A stretch of DNA of 64,000 bases from an uncultured Acidaminococcales bacterium (GTDB taxonomy: Bacteria > Bacillota > Negativicutes > Acidaminococcales > Acidaminococcaceae), in assembly GCA_964386405.1 (NCBI GenBank), contig CAYLRW010000001.1:7776-71775 (forward strand), read 5' to 3'. The notes under the pieces were generated by a model. That model saw only the letters and a program-made list of their open reading frames with translations. It did not search any database and was not told the origin of the DNA. Below are positions 26,054-35,611 of this stretch, piece after piece (position 1 is the first letter of the stretch; the number at the start of each line of letters is the position of its first letter). A program made the translations under genes and the position numbers.

Positions 26054-27922
26054 CTAAACTCTTTTAAACATCTTGTAAAGCTCTTCCGAGGTTATTTCTA
26101 TCATACAAGGGCGGCCATGCGGGCATGTAAAAGGGTGCTCAGTATTACAGAGGTCAAGAATAAGAGATCGCATCTGCCTCATATTAAGAAGTTCGCCAGC
26201 CTTTATAGCACCGTGACATGCTGTATAATGCAAAACACTTTGCCTCAAATCACTGCCGGAAATTGTCTTCATTTCCGAAATCATTTTTAAAATATCCCTG
26301 ACAAAGCTTTCCGCTTCTTCATCTTGAATGTCTACCGGCAAACTGGCGATTCTTAACATCTCTTCACCTGCCTGTTCTATGTCAACACCCAATTGTAAAA
26401 ACGTTTGACGATTGTCTTCAATCAACGCAATTTCCTGTGGCGTTGCATCAATATACAAAGGCACTAAAAATTGCTGTGAAGGAACATTTTCGTGGCATTT
26501 CACCAATTTATCATAAAGAATGCGTTCGTGTGCCGCATGTTGATCAATTAAATATAAACTTTTTTCTGACTGGGCAATAATAAAAACACGATCGACCTGA
26601 CCCAGAGGCCAGATTTGGTCCACACCATTATCGTAATTCTGCAGTTCTATACTTGTTGTTTTTAAGACATTGTCATTTTCAACAAGTTTTTCCTGCATAA
26701 CATGTAAAGGCGTTGCTGCTTGTTCAAAAACACTTTGTGCCCCTTGGCTTATATAGTAACTCTTGCTGCTTACAATATCCTCAGCTTGATTTTCACCGGG
26801 ATTTTTCCAGATACTGTCTTGTAAATACTCCCGCTTTTCAATTGTTGTATTTGAACCAATAGGCAGAGTCGGTCCTTCTTTCCGTGAAAATACCGCTATA
26901 TCATCCTGCTCAGATACAGAAGCACTAAGAGGCATTGTTAAAGCACTAACCAACGCATGATAAACTGTACGGTAGATCAATCCCTCATCACTGAATTTAA
27001 TTTCACTCTTTTGAGGATGAACATTTACATCAATGCTGGAAGCGTCAACAGTAATATTCAAGACGGCAAAAGGGAAGCCCGCTTTGGGGATCTGAGATTG
27101 ATAGGCATGGTCAATTGCTTTCGATATCATGCGATTACTTATTGTCCGGCCATTGACAAATATCGTCTGCCACTGGCGGGTTCCTTTTAACAAAGTCGGT
27201 TTACCAACAAAACCACTTATGGTAATGCCATTTTCCTCACAACAGACCGGCAATAATTCTTTACCTACATTTTTGCCGTACAAGGCAACAATCGTATCGA
27301 CTGCATCACTATTGCCGGGAGTGCTGACAACCATTCTGTCATTATTAATCAATTGAAACCGGACATCCGGACGAGATAAAGCTATTTTGCAAATAACCTC
27401 ACTGATATAACGCCCCTCAGTATTGATTGTGCGCAAAAATTTTCTGCGTGCAGGAACATTAAAGAATAAGTTTTCAACAATTACTGTTGTACCGACAGCA
27501 CCACCAGATGAAATACATTCAAGACTTGCGCCGCCGTCTATAGTAATTGAAGTTGCGAGGTCTTCGTCATCAATTCTGGTCAGCATTCTAAATTTTGAAA
27601 CAGACGCGATACTTGGCAAGGCTTCGCCACGAAACCCCAGGGTCTCAAGGCTTAACAAATCCTCAGCCATGCGTATTTTGCTTGTAGCATGCCTCAAAAC
27701 TGCAAGACGGGCATTCTCTTCAGACATACCACTTCCATTGTCTACAACGCGAATGTATTCGATACCACCATCTTGAATCGTAATGTCGATTTTATCAGCA
27801 CCGGCATCAAGTGAATTTTCAACTAATTCTTTGACAACAGATGCTGGTTTTTCAACAACTTCACCAGCGGCAATTTGGTTAGCGGTGTTTTGATCCAAAA
27901 TATGTACTTTTTGCTCCATCAT
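26054..27922 (-). CDS. mutL: DNA mismatch repair protein MutL
   Basis: It has the GHKL ATPase motifs QIAAGEVVEKPASVVKELVENSLDAG. I set the start to ATG 27922, which overlaps the mutS TGA (ATGA). The track's 35-aa N-terminal extension is spurious. Confidence 0.93.
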   Translation of the reverse strand: MMEQKVHILDQNTANQIAAGEVVEKPASVVKELVENSLDAGADKIDITIQDGGIEYIRVVDNGSGMSEENARLAVLRHATSKIRMAEDLLSLETLGFRGEALPSIASVSKFRMLTRIDDEDLATSITIDGGASLECISSGGAVGTTVIVENLFFNVPARRKFLRTINTEGRYISEVICKIALSRPDVRFQLINNDRMVVSTPGNSDAVDTIVALYGKNVGKELLPVCCEENGITISGFVGKPTLLKGTRQWQTIFVNGRTISNRMISKAIDHAYQSQIPKAGFPFAVLNITVDASSIDVNVHPQKSEIKFSDEGLIYRTVYHALVSALTMPLSASVSEQDDIAVFSRKEGPTLPIGSNTTIEKREYLQDSIWKNPGENQAEDIVSSKSYYISQGAQSVFEQAATPLHVMQEKLVENDNVLKTTSIELQNYDNGVDQIWPLGQVDRVFIIAQSEKSLYLIDQHAAHERILYDKLVKCHENVPSQQFLVPLYIDATPQEIALIEDNRQTFLQLGVDIEQAGEEMLRIASLPVDIQDEEAESFVRDILKMISEMKTISGSDLRQSVLHYTACHGAIKAGELLNMRQMRSLILDLCNTEHPFTCPHGRPCMIEITSEELYKMFKRV

Positions 27923-30516
27923 AAAAGGCCGCCCTCTCTTTTTGCTTCCTCCTGAAGTTTGTATAAAGCATTTAATGCCTCTAAAGGAGTCATCGTCATA
28001 ACATCCATGGATATTAGACTTTGACATAAAGATTGCGTGAAAAGAGACTCTTGATAGTTTATCTTTTCTGATTGATTATTTACATTAGGCTGTTCAGCGC
28101 AATGTGTATTTTTATCAAAACCATCATATTCCTGCAGAATTTCTTCTGCACGGCTAATAACTTTTTTAGGTAACCCAGCTAACTGGGCGACATGAATACC
28201 GTAACTTCTATCAGTACCACCCGGTATAATCCTTCTTAAGAAAATTACTTCCTTGCCCCGCTCCTTGACCGCAACAGAATAATTTTTAACTTCCGGCAGG
28301 ACATTTTCCAGTTCGATCAATTGATGGTAATGGGTAGCAAATAACGTCTTCGCTTTAATTTTCTCGTTAATAAACTCAACAACTGAACGAGCAATGCTCA
28401 TGCCGTCAAAAGTGCTTGTACCCCGGCCTACTTCATCAAGAATTATGAGACTGTCTGAAGTCGCGTAACGTAGTATTTGGGCTACCTCATTCATTTCCAC
28501 CATAAACGTACTCTGACCAGTAGCCAAATCATCGCTGGCACCTACTCGTGTGAAAATCTTATCTACCGGGCAGATACTGGCAGCTCTGGCAGGAATAAAC
28601 GAGCCTATCTGTGTCATGAGCACCAAGAGAGCTACCTGTCTCATATAAGTGGATTTGCCGGCCATATTTGGGCCTGTCAGGACAATAACTCTTTGCGTCT
28701 TACCATCCAACAATGTATCGTTAGGAACAAATATCTCGCGTTGCAGCAACTTTTCAACAACCGGATGGCGACCATCCTTAATTGCTATTTCATGCCTGTT
28801 ATTTAGTTCAGGTCTGATGTAGTTATTGCGAAAAGCAATAATAGACAAGGAGAGCAAGGCATCAACATTACCAAGAGCACGTGCAGTTGTTTGGATTTCT
28901 ACCATCCTAACCCGAATTTTATCTCTGATTTCATTGAAAAGATAATATTCAAGCTCCTGAATCTTTTCTTTAGCGCTCAGTATTTTATTCTCAAACTCTT
29001 TCAGTTCAGGAACAATATATCTTTCTGCATTGACAAGTGTTTGCTTGCGAATGAAATACTCCGGTACCAAATTAATACTACCCTTGGAAACCTCAATATA
29101 ATACCCAAAAACCTTATTGTAGCCAACCTTTAAAGTCTTTATCCCAGATTCTTCTTTAATTCTGAGTTCGAAATCACGCATCCAGATTTTGTTGTCTCTG
29201 GCAATCGTGTGAAGTTCATCAAGCTCGACATGATAGCCATCACGTATCATACCTCCTTCGCGAACAGTAAAAGGTGGTTCATCAACTATAGCAGAAACGA
29301 GCAAATTGTATATATCTTCATGTAAAGAAATTTCATTGTTAAAACGACTAATAAGCCTAGTCTGGTTGGATGCTAAGAGCTCTTTAATTGCAGGCAACAC
29401 TTCAAGTGAATTCTTTAAAGAGATCAAATCCCTTGCATTAGCGGAACCTACTTCCAAGCGAGCTAATATTCTTTCCAGATCAAAGACATTCTTAAGCTTT
29501 TCACCTAAACTTTCTCTTAATGAAACATTTTCAACGAAACCACTAATTGCTTCTTGTCTTTCGATGATAGAGGTAAAATCTAATAATGGACATTCTATCC
29601 ATTGACGTAATTTTCTTCCGCCCATACTGGTAGCTGTCTGGTCTAGCACTTCTAGAAGAGTTCCATGCTTTGTACCGTCACGCATATTTTTAACCAGCTC
29701 CAGGTTACGAATTGCGGTTGCATCAAGGTTCATAAACTTTTCTTTATCAACACACACAAGGCGGTTAACATTCGTAAGATCTGACTTGACCGTCTCGTGA
29801 AGATAGCAGAGCATCATTTCAACTGTATTTCTAACGATTGCGGAATATGAGCTGCTATTTCCAAAATGTTTAGAAAAATAGTCACTGTCAGCTTTTTCAA
29901 ATATGTATCTGCTTACCATACATTCTGGCAGTCTTTGTTTTAAAAGTTGTTCCAACCAACCCCACTCATCACTGCCGGAAGATAATACTATTTCTGACGG
30001 CTGCAAACGATATAATTGTTCCCAGACCGCATCTTCGCTACTATCGCCTTTTGCAGTAAACCAGAGACATTCTCCAGTTGAGATATCTACAGCTGACAGA
30101 CAAAGCTCACTATCAAGACTTGTAAGTGCCACAAGATATTGATTATGATTAGCCTCCAGCAATTGTTCATTGAGTGCTGTGCCTGGTGTAATTATTTTAA
30201 TTACTTCGCGACGTACTATTCCTTTGGCTAATTTCGGATCTTCCACCTGCTCACATATTGCAATACGATAACCTTTGCTCACAAGCTTGGCAATATAGCC
30301 TTCAACCGCATGATAAGGCACACCGCACATAGGTATCTTATCTTCAAGACCACCGGCACGGCCAGTCAGCGTAATATTCAACTCTTTGGAAGCAGTCAGA
30401 GCATCTTCGAAAAAAAGTTCATAGAAATCACCTAATCTGAAGAACAACAGCTCGTTCTCATGCTGTCTTTTTACTTCCAAATACTGCTGCACCATCGGAG
30501 TGTATTCTGTGGTCAT
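27919..30516 (-). CDS. mutS: DNA mismatch repair protein MutS
   Basis: It has the N-terminal TPMVQQYLEVK and the Walker A GPNMAGKST. Its start overlaps the miaB stop (ATGA). Confidence 0.95.
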   Translation of the reverse strand: MTTEYTPMVQQYLEVKRQHENELLFFRLGDFYELFFEDALTASKELNITLTGRAGGLEDKIPMCGVPYHAVEGYIAKLVSKGYRIAICEQVEDPKLAKGIVRREVIKIITPGTALNEQLLEANHNQYLVALTSLDSELCLSAVDISTGECLWFTAKGDSSEDAVWEQLYRLQPSEIVLSSGSDEWGWLEQLLKQRLPECMVSRYIFEKADSDYFSKHFGNSSSYSAIVRNTVEMMLCYLHETVKSDLTNVNRLVCVDKEKFMNLDATAIRNLELVKNMRDGTKHGTLLEVLDQTATSMGGRKLRQWIECPLLDFTSIIERQEAISGFVENVSLRESLGEKLKNVFDLERILARLEVGSANARDLISLKNSLEVLPAIKELLASNQTRLISRFNNEISLHEDIYNLLVSAIVDEPPFTVREGGMIRDGYHVELDELHTIARDNKIWMRDFELRIKEESGIKTLKVGYNKVFGYYIEVSKGSINLVPEYFIRKQTLVNAERYIVPELKEFENKILSAKEKIQELEYYLFNEIRDKIRVRMVEIQTTARALGNVDALLSLSIIAFRNNYIRPELNNRHEIAIKDGRHPVVEKLLQREIFVPNDTLLDGKTQRVIVLTGPNMAGKSTYMRQVALLVLMTQIGSFIPARAASICPVDKIFTRVGASDDLATGQSTFMVEMNEVAQILRYATSDSLIILDEVGRGTSTFDGMSIARSVVEFINEKIKAKTLFATHYHQLIELENVLPEVKNYSVAVKERGKEVIFLRRIIPGGTDRSYGIHVAQLAGLPKKVISRAEEILQEYDGFDKNTHCAEQPNVNNQSEKINYQESLFTQSLCQSLISMDVMTMTPLEALNALYKLQEEAKREGGLL

Positions 30517-31838
30517 GATTCCGCCTTTCCTTTCAATAACCAGGTTTGAGCCGAGGTAATTTCAATGTTGACAGACTGCCCTATAGTATATTCTTTCCCC
30601 AAGACAGGCCATAATACCAATTTGTTAGTTCTCGTTCTGCCAGTCCAGATTTCACTGTTACTTTGGCTTGGGCCTTCTGCCAGTACTTCTAATTTCTTGC
30701 CAATAAGCAACTTGTTTTTGGCTAAACTGTTTTCATTTTGAACTTCCATTAAGCGATTCAGGCGTTCTTTTTTTACATCCAAGGGAATCTGGTCCTCATA
30801 ACCAGCAGCAGGAGTACCTGATCTTTTTGAATAAATAAAAGTGTATGCGGCATCAAACTGAACTTCTCTCATTAAACTTAGCGTATCTTCAAAATCTTCT
30901 TCCGTCTCACCAGGAAAACCAACAATAATATCAGTTGTTATCGCAGCTTCAGGGCAATATTTCTTAATAGAGTCAACCAAAGAAAGATATTTCTCACGTG
31001 TATAACCTCTGTTCATAGCTTTTAAAATACGATTACTTCCGGATTGAGCAGGAATATGAAAGTTTTCGCAAATATTCTTACACTCAGAAACCACCTTAAC
31101 GACCTCTTCGCTCATGTCGCGCGGGTGACTAGTCATGTAACGAATACGTTCTACGCCGGGAATATCATTACATTCTTTGAGCAGTTCTGCAAATGAATGG
31201 CTGTTACCCTGGTCTTTACCATAGGAATTAACATTTTGCCCTAACAGGGTAAATTCTTTAAATCCGTTGGCAACAGCACGTTCTATTTCCTTTTTAATGC
31301 TTTCTTTACTACGGCTCCGCTCTCTGCCCCTGACATAAGGTACAATGCAGTAGGTACAAAAATTATTACAGCCATACATAATAGGAACCCAGGCTGCAAA
31401 GCTGCTCTTTCTGATACATTGGCCTTCAAACTCAGTTTCCTTTATGCTGACATCGTCATAAACTTTTTGCCCTTTATCAGCTAAAAAATCAAGCAAAATT
31501 GCTTTGAAATTATTTACCTGCGCTGTTCCGATTAATAAATCAATCTGCGGATACTTCTTAACTAGTTTATCTCCGCCTTTTTGTGCCATACAGCCTGCTA
31601 CACATATAATCTGGCCAGGATGACTTGCTTTAACTCCCTTTAGCTCGCCAATTTTGCCTAAAATCTTCTTTTCTGCACTTTCACGCACGCAGCAAGTGTT
31701 AACAACTACTACATCCGCATCATGATAATCATTAATAAAGCTGTAGCCTAAATCACTTAACTGGCCGGCAAAATGTTCTGAATCGGATTCATTCATCTGG
31801 CAGCCATAATTTAAAATTGTATACTTCTTATCGTTCAT
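30513..31838 (-). CDS. miaB: tRNA-2-methylthio-N6-dimethylallyladenosine synthase (radical SAM methylthiotransferase)
   Basis: It has the N-terminal YGCQMNESDSE, the radical SAM cluster motif GCNNFCTYCIVP and a C-terminal TRAM domain. I set the start to ATG 31838, which has GAGGAG 8 nt upstream. Confidence 0.9.
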   Translation of the reverse strand: MNDKKYTILNYGCQMNESDSEHFAGQLSDLGYSFINDYHDADVVVVNTCCVRESAEKKILGKIGELKGVKASHPGQIICVAGCMAQKGGDKLVKKYPQIDLLIGTAQVNNFKAILLDFLADKGQKVYDDVSIKETEFEGQCIRKSSFAAWVPIMYGCNNFCTYCIVPYVRGRERSRSKESIKKEIERAVANGFKEFTLLGQNVNSYGKDQGNSHSFAELLKECNDIPGVERIRYMTSHPRDMSEEVVKVVSECKNICENFHIPAQSGSNRILKAMNRGYTREKYLSLVDSIKKYCPEAAITTDIIVGFPGETEEDFEDTLSLMREVQFDAAYTFIYSKRSGTPAAGYEDQIPLDVKKERLNRLMEVQNENSLAKNKLLIGKKLEVLAEGPSQSNSEIWTGRTRTNKLVLWPVLGKEYTIGQSVNIEITSAQTWLLKGKAES

Positions 31839-31907
31839 CAAATTACTCCTCGAATAGCATAAAATCAAATTTTGTACTTCTTTATTATAAACGAGATACC
31901 TCGATTA

Positions 31908-31952
31908 AACAAATAAAACAAGGCTCCCTAAAGAGCCTTGTTTTATTTGTTT
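31908..31952 (-). terminator. Intrinsic terminator after the DUF3870-like gene
   Basis: A 16-bp stem aaataaaacaaggctc/gagccttgttttattt. Confidence 0.8.
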
Positions 31953-31965
31953 AAAATTAATTGTG

Positions 31966-32313
31966 TTAAAGAGTAATATTATCTGCCTCTGTTTTAAAAC
32001 TACGATATTTATCATGGATAATTCTGAGAGCAGTAGAAATAGCTTTTTTTGCATTTCCTTGATATTGTCTGTCCAAAATGGCTTGAATCCCTTCTGAACC
32101 ATTGGAAAGGTCATAACCAATCAATAATTTAGAAATATAGTCGCGAGCTAATTTAGTGGCAAGTGTACAATCGGCCTCCGTAATAATTCCAGTTTCAATA
32201 TCTACGACGACAATCAGACCAATTACCTTATAAACTTCAGCGGCTGTGATTCCTACGGGAACTTTGGCATAACCAGAGAAGAGCACCATTTCATGTTGTT
32301 TTTCATTTGACAA
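31966..32313 (-). CDS. Small conserved protein, probably DUF3870 family
   Basis: 115 aa with a TTG start and AAGGGGGA 8 nt upstream. The pattern LFSGYAKVPVGITA...VVDIETGIITEADCT matches my memory of DUF3870. This is not verified. Confidence 0.5.
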   Translation of the reverse strand: MSNEKQHEMVLFSGYAKVPVGITAAEVYKVIGLIVVVDIETGIITEADCTLATKLARDYISKLLIGYDLSNGSEGIQAILDRQYQGNAKKAISTALRIIHDKYRSFKTEADNITL

Positions 32314-32342
32314 GGCAATTATCCCCCTTAAATAATATATGT

Positions 32343-33179
32343 TTATTTTTTATCTGCTGATATGACGGATAAACTCTTCACATCAACATTTACTTCCCTT
32401 ACTCTCATTGCAGTCATCATTTCAACTTTTTCTTTAACACGGTGCTGCAATATATCAACTACTTCAAAAATGTTAGTACCATAAAATAATACAATATCGA
32501 TATAGATTGTCATTCCTTTGACTGGATCTGATGGGCGTCTGACTTTAATGTTGGTAACTCTGTCTATCCCACGCATTTTACCTACTATAATGTTGACGAT
32601 GTCAATAACAACATAATCAGAAATTGCAAGTTTGCCATAGTAACTAAAAGACGGTCTGACAATTGATTTTTCATCGCTGACCTTTACTTTTTTCTTTCTT
32701 GAAAATAAATGATGCGGTAAATCAACTAAAATTCCAGACAAATGAGGCTTTAGCTCAACGGTTGGAACTGGAACGATATGTTTGCCTTCCTTAAGCCGTA
32801 TCTGTCTTGCCTTGTTTATATCGTGCTTGCTGGCAATATCCTGTATTTTAACGAATTTTACAGGTTTAGGAAGTCCGAGACGCAGACAAATCTTTAAAGC
32901 CATATTCTCCGAAGTTCCTATTACTAAGAGCCTTTCTATCTTAGCCTCAGTAATTGCTTTTTTCACTTCATCCACATGTTCTTGATCAGAAAAGATTGCA
33001 CGTTTAACCGCTTGGATTCTATTCTGCTCGCTTTTTGCAGAGGAACCAGCCAAAATCTTAGTTCCCTTAATCAGAAGACCGTCATCAATAATAGCTTCAC
33101 TTTTGTTATCATGGGCAACAGACAAAGCTCTGTGACTTTTGCCGGTGCCGCTGGGTCCCACAAACGCAACTACTTCCAT
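32343..33179 (-). CDS. Fusion protein: N-terminal HprK-like P-loop domain plus C-terminal Asp23/Gls24 domain
   Basis: The N-terminal VAFVGPSGTGKSHRALSVAHDNKSEAIIDDGLLI follows the HPr-kinase pattern G-x-SG-x-GKS-x-x-AL-x(8-9)-ADD-x-V. The C-terminal GKLAISDYVVIDIVNIIVGKMRGIDRV...VREVNVDVKSL fits Asp23 family periodicity. Confidence 0.6.
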   Translation of the reverse strand: MEVVAFVGPSGTGKSHRALSVAHDNKSEAIIDDGLLIKGTKILAGSSAKSEQNRIQAVKRAIFSDQEHVDEVKKAITEAKIERLLVIGTSENMALKICLRLGLPKPVKFVKIQDIASKHDINKARQIRLKEGKHIVPVPTVELKPHLSGILVDLPHHLFSRKKKVKVSDEKSIVRPSFSYYGKLAISDYVVIDIVNIIVGKMRGIDRVTNIKVRRPSDPVKGMTIYIDIVLFYGTNIFEVVDILQHRVKEKVEMMTAMRVREVNVDVKSLSVISADKK

Positions 33180-33206
33180 GATGACCTCCCCTAAAACAAT
33201 ATGAAC

Positions 33207-34022
33207 CTATTTATATTCTATCATAGATTTTACATTTTTATATAAAATTGAAAAATCTCCTAAGCTTTTGGGGAATCTGCCATTATCTCCATGAAAATCA
33301 GAACCGCCGCTTACAAGCAATTTATATATTCTTGCCAGTTCAAGCCAAACATTCATTTCTTCAGAAGAAGCCGATGGATGCCACACCTCAATACCATCAA
33401 ATTTAATATGCGCAAGTAAGCCTTTTACCAATGTTAAATCTTTTAATTCACTAGGATGAGCCAAGAAAGCAATACCACCAGCATCATGAATTAAATCAAC
33501 TGCCTCAGTAGGTGATAACTTTGGCTGAGGCACATATCCCGGTTTACCACGCTTCAGCAAAATGTCAAAAGCTTCTTGAATATCTTTAAAATAGCCTTTT
33601 TCCACTAATGCCTTAGCCACATGTGGTCTGCCAAAGGCGCGATGAGAAATATCGGTTGTTTCTACTGCCACATTATAACCCAGAGAATTTACTTTATCAA
33701 CAATTTTAGCCAATCTGATTTCACGGGCATGCCGCAATTCATAAGTACGCTCTAAAAGCGGCTCATAATTCTCGTCAAAATGATAACCCAAAATATGTAT
33801 TGCTTTTTCATCTATCTGTGTACCAAGTTCAATGCCAGAAAATATTCTTGGACCGTTACGAGTCGTTTCAATATATTGCCTGGCGGCAATATATCCATTA
33901 ACAGAGTCATGATCCGTAATTGAAATTACTTCTATATTCTTTTTCTTAGCAGCTTCAACTATTTCCTGCGGTGTTAAAAAACCATCAGAAAATGTGCTAT
34001 GTATATGCAAGTCAACTAACAT
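33207..34022 (-). CDS. PHP-domain phosphoesterase (TrpH/YciV-like)
   Basis: It has the N-terminal DLHIHSTFSDG motif and further His/Asp metal ligands (ITDHD, HPS, GSDFHG). Confidence 0.85.
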   Translation of the reverse strand: MLVDLHIHSTFSDGFLTPQEIVEAAKKKNIEVISITDHDSVNGYIAARQYIETTRNGPRIFSGIELGTQIDEKAIHILGYHFDENYEPLLERTYELRHAREIRLAKIVDKVNSLGYNVAVETTDISHRAFGRPHVAKALVEKGYFKDIQEAFDILLKRGKPGYVPQPKLSPTEAVDLIHDAGGIAFLAHPSELKDLTLVKGLLAHIKFDGIEVWHPSASSEEMNVWLELARIYKLLVSGGSDFHGDNGRFPKSLGDFSILYKNVKSMIEYK

Positions 34023-34023
34023 A

Positions 34024-35517
34024 TTATCTTCCTTTCACAAGTTGCACAAGTGTTGCTACTCCAACACCCGTAGCTCCCTTTACCCAGTAACCATTCGTTT
34101 TCTGAGTTGTTGAAGTACCACCAATATCAATATGAGCCCAAGGGATATTTTCATCGACAAACTCACCAATAAATAATCCTCCGGTGATTACACCGCCAGG
34201 CCTTCCAGCACTGTTTAGCAGGTCAGCAATATCACTCTTGATTGCATCTTGACATTCCGGAAGTGACGGAAGCCGCCAATAATTTTCACCCGCTATTTTT
34301 CCTGCATCAATTATTTCTTTACATAAATTATCATTATTGCTAACAATAGCAGCAGTTTCATTGCCTAATGCTATGATAACAGCTCCGGTCAAAGTTGCAA
34401 TATCAATTACTTTGGAAGCACCCTGACGGCAAGCATACCAAACTGCGTCTGCAAGTACCATTCTGCCCTCAGCGTCAGTTGATACTACTTCAATGGTCTT
34501 ACCGCTGGCCGCCCTTATTATATCACCTGGTCTGGTTGCAGTGCCAGACGGCATATTCTCAGCGCAAGCAGCAATTGCCATAACGTTACAGGGCAATTGC
34601 ATTCTGGCAATTGCCCTGATAGCACCCAAGACAGCCGCCGCTCCAGCCATGTCATCCTTCATTTCACCCATGCCAGCTTCTGGTTTAATAGAAATACCAC
34701 CGCTATCAAAAGTAATGCCTTTACCTACCAAGGCAATCCAGTTTGCCTCATCTGAACCTTGATACTTTAAAGTAATGAGTCGAGGCTCTGCGGCGGATCC
34801 TTTCCCGACGGCCAGTATTGAGCCCATTTTTTTCTCTTTCATCGCATCAATACCCAAAATTTCGCATTGAAGATCAAGTTTATCCGACAATTTTAGTGCT
34901 TCATCAGCTATATTTTTCGGTTGCACAATATTTCCAGGATGATTAACAAGATTTCTGGTCCAAACAATACTTTCGCATAAAATATTAGCTTCTGCAATTA
35001 TATCATTAACCTGCAAATTCTTTGAATAGACTTGTATAGTCCCTTCAAAATTATCTATTGCATCGCTTTTATAATCATTAAATTCGTAACTGCCAAGTAT
35101 AAGTCCTTCGATCAATGCGCTCAAATAAATAGATCCATTATTTGAAATAGCAGCCGGCGCAAATACCAGTGTTTTTTCGCCATCGGCTTTTACTAGAGTT
35201 CTGGCAGTTTCACCAGCTGCCTTACGTAAAATATTTGGTTTTAATTTGTCGGCCTCGCCCAAACCAGTAATTATAATTTTCTTCAAACCACTGGCAGAAT
35301 CAAGAACAATACTAGTGGTATTACCGAAATCAAACATTTTTTTGTCTTTATCTGCTAGTTTTTTGATTATGTCGACATAAGGCATTTCCCGGTCGGCAAT
35401 ATCTTCTTTCGTAATCAATAGAGAAATAACATCAGTTTCTTCTATACGCTCTACTGAGCAAATATTTAAAAAATCATTATAAAAATTGTCATGTTCTTTC
35501 TTTTCATTAGTTATCAT
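34024..35517 (-). CDS. pepA: Leucyl aminopeptidase (M17)
   Basis: It has the M17 signature region VSTDAEGRMVLADA and KGITFDSGG. I set the start to ATG 35517, which has AAAGGAG 8 nt upstream. Confidence 0.9.
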   Translation of the reverse strand: MITNEKKEHDNFYNDFLNICSVERIEETDVISLLITKEDIADREMPYVDIIKKLADKDKKMFDFGNTTSIVLDSASGLKKIIITGLGEADKLKPNILRKAAGETARTLVKADGEKTLVFAPAAISNNGSIYLSALIEGLILGSYEFNDYKSDAIDNFEGTIQVYSKNLQVNDIIAEANILCESIVWTRNLVNHPGNIVQPKNIADEALKLSDKLDLQCEILGIDAMKEKKMGSILAVGKGSAAEPRLITLKYQGSDEANWIALVGKGITFDSGGISIKPEAGMGEMKDDMAGAAAVLGAIRAIARMQLPCNVMAIAACAENMPSGTATRPGDIIRAASGKTIEVVSTDAEGRMVLADAVWYACRQGASKVIDIATLTGAVIIALGNETAAIVSNNDNLCKEIIDAGKIAGENYWRLPSLPECQDAIKSDIADLLNSAGRPGGVITGGLFIGEFVDENIPWAHIDIGGTSTTQKTNGYWVKGATGVGVATLVQLVKGR

Positions 35518-35569
35518 ATCTGATGCTCCTTTATAAAAGTCTATATATAAATTTTCGACAAGACAAAAG

Positions 35570-35605
35570 AAAAAACCTGCTACCATTAAAAATGACAGCA
35601 GGCTT
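35570..35605 (-). terminator. Probable intrinsic terminator after dapA
   Basis: The short stem cctgct/agcagg has a 15-nt loop, followed by T6 on the minus strand. Confidence 0.5.
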
Positions 35606-35611
35606 TAGTTT

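Noticed and set aside
27923-28027. The N-terminal 35-aa extension of MutL in the ORF track overlaps mutS. Similar extensions affect miaA, miaB, cinA, pepA, the yibQ-like gene, the SBP gene and the GT39 gene.
   Set aside because: In each case the conserved family N-terminus begins at an internal start codon with a well-spaced SD. The extensions are artefacts of the longest-ORF rule, not real gene overlaps.
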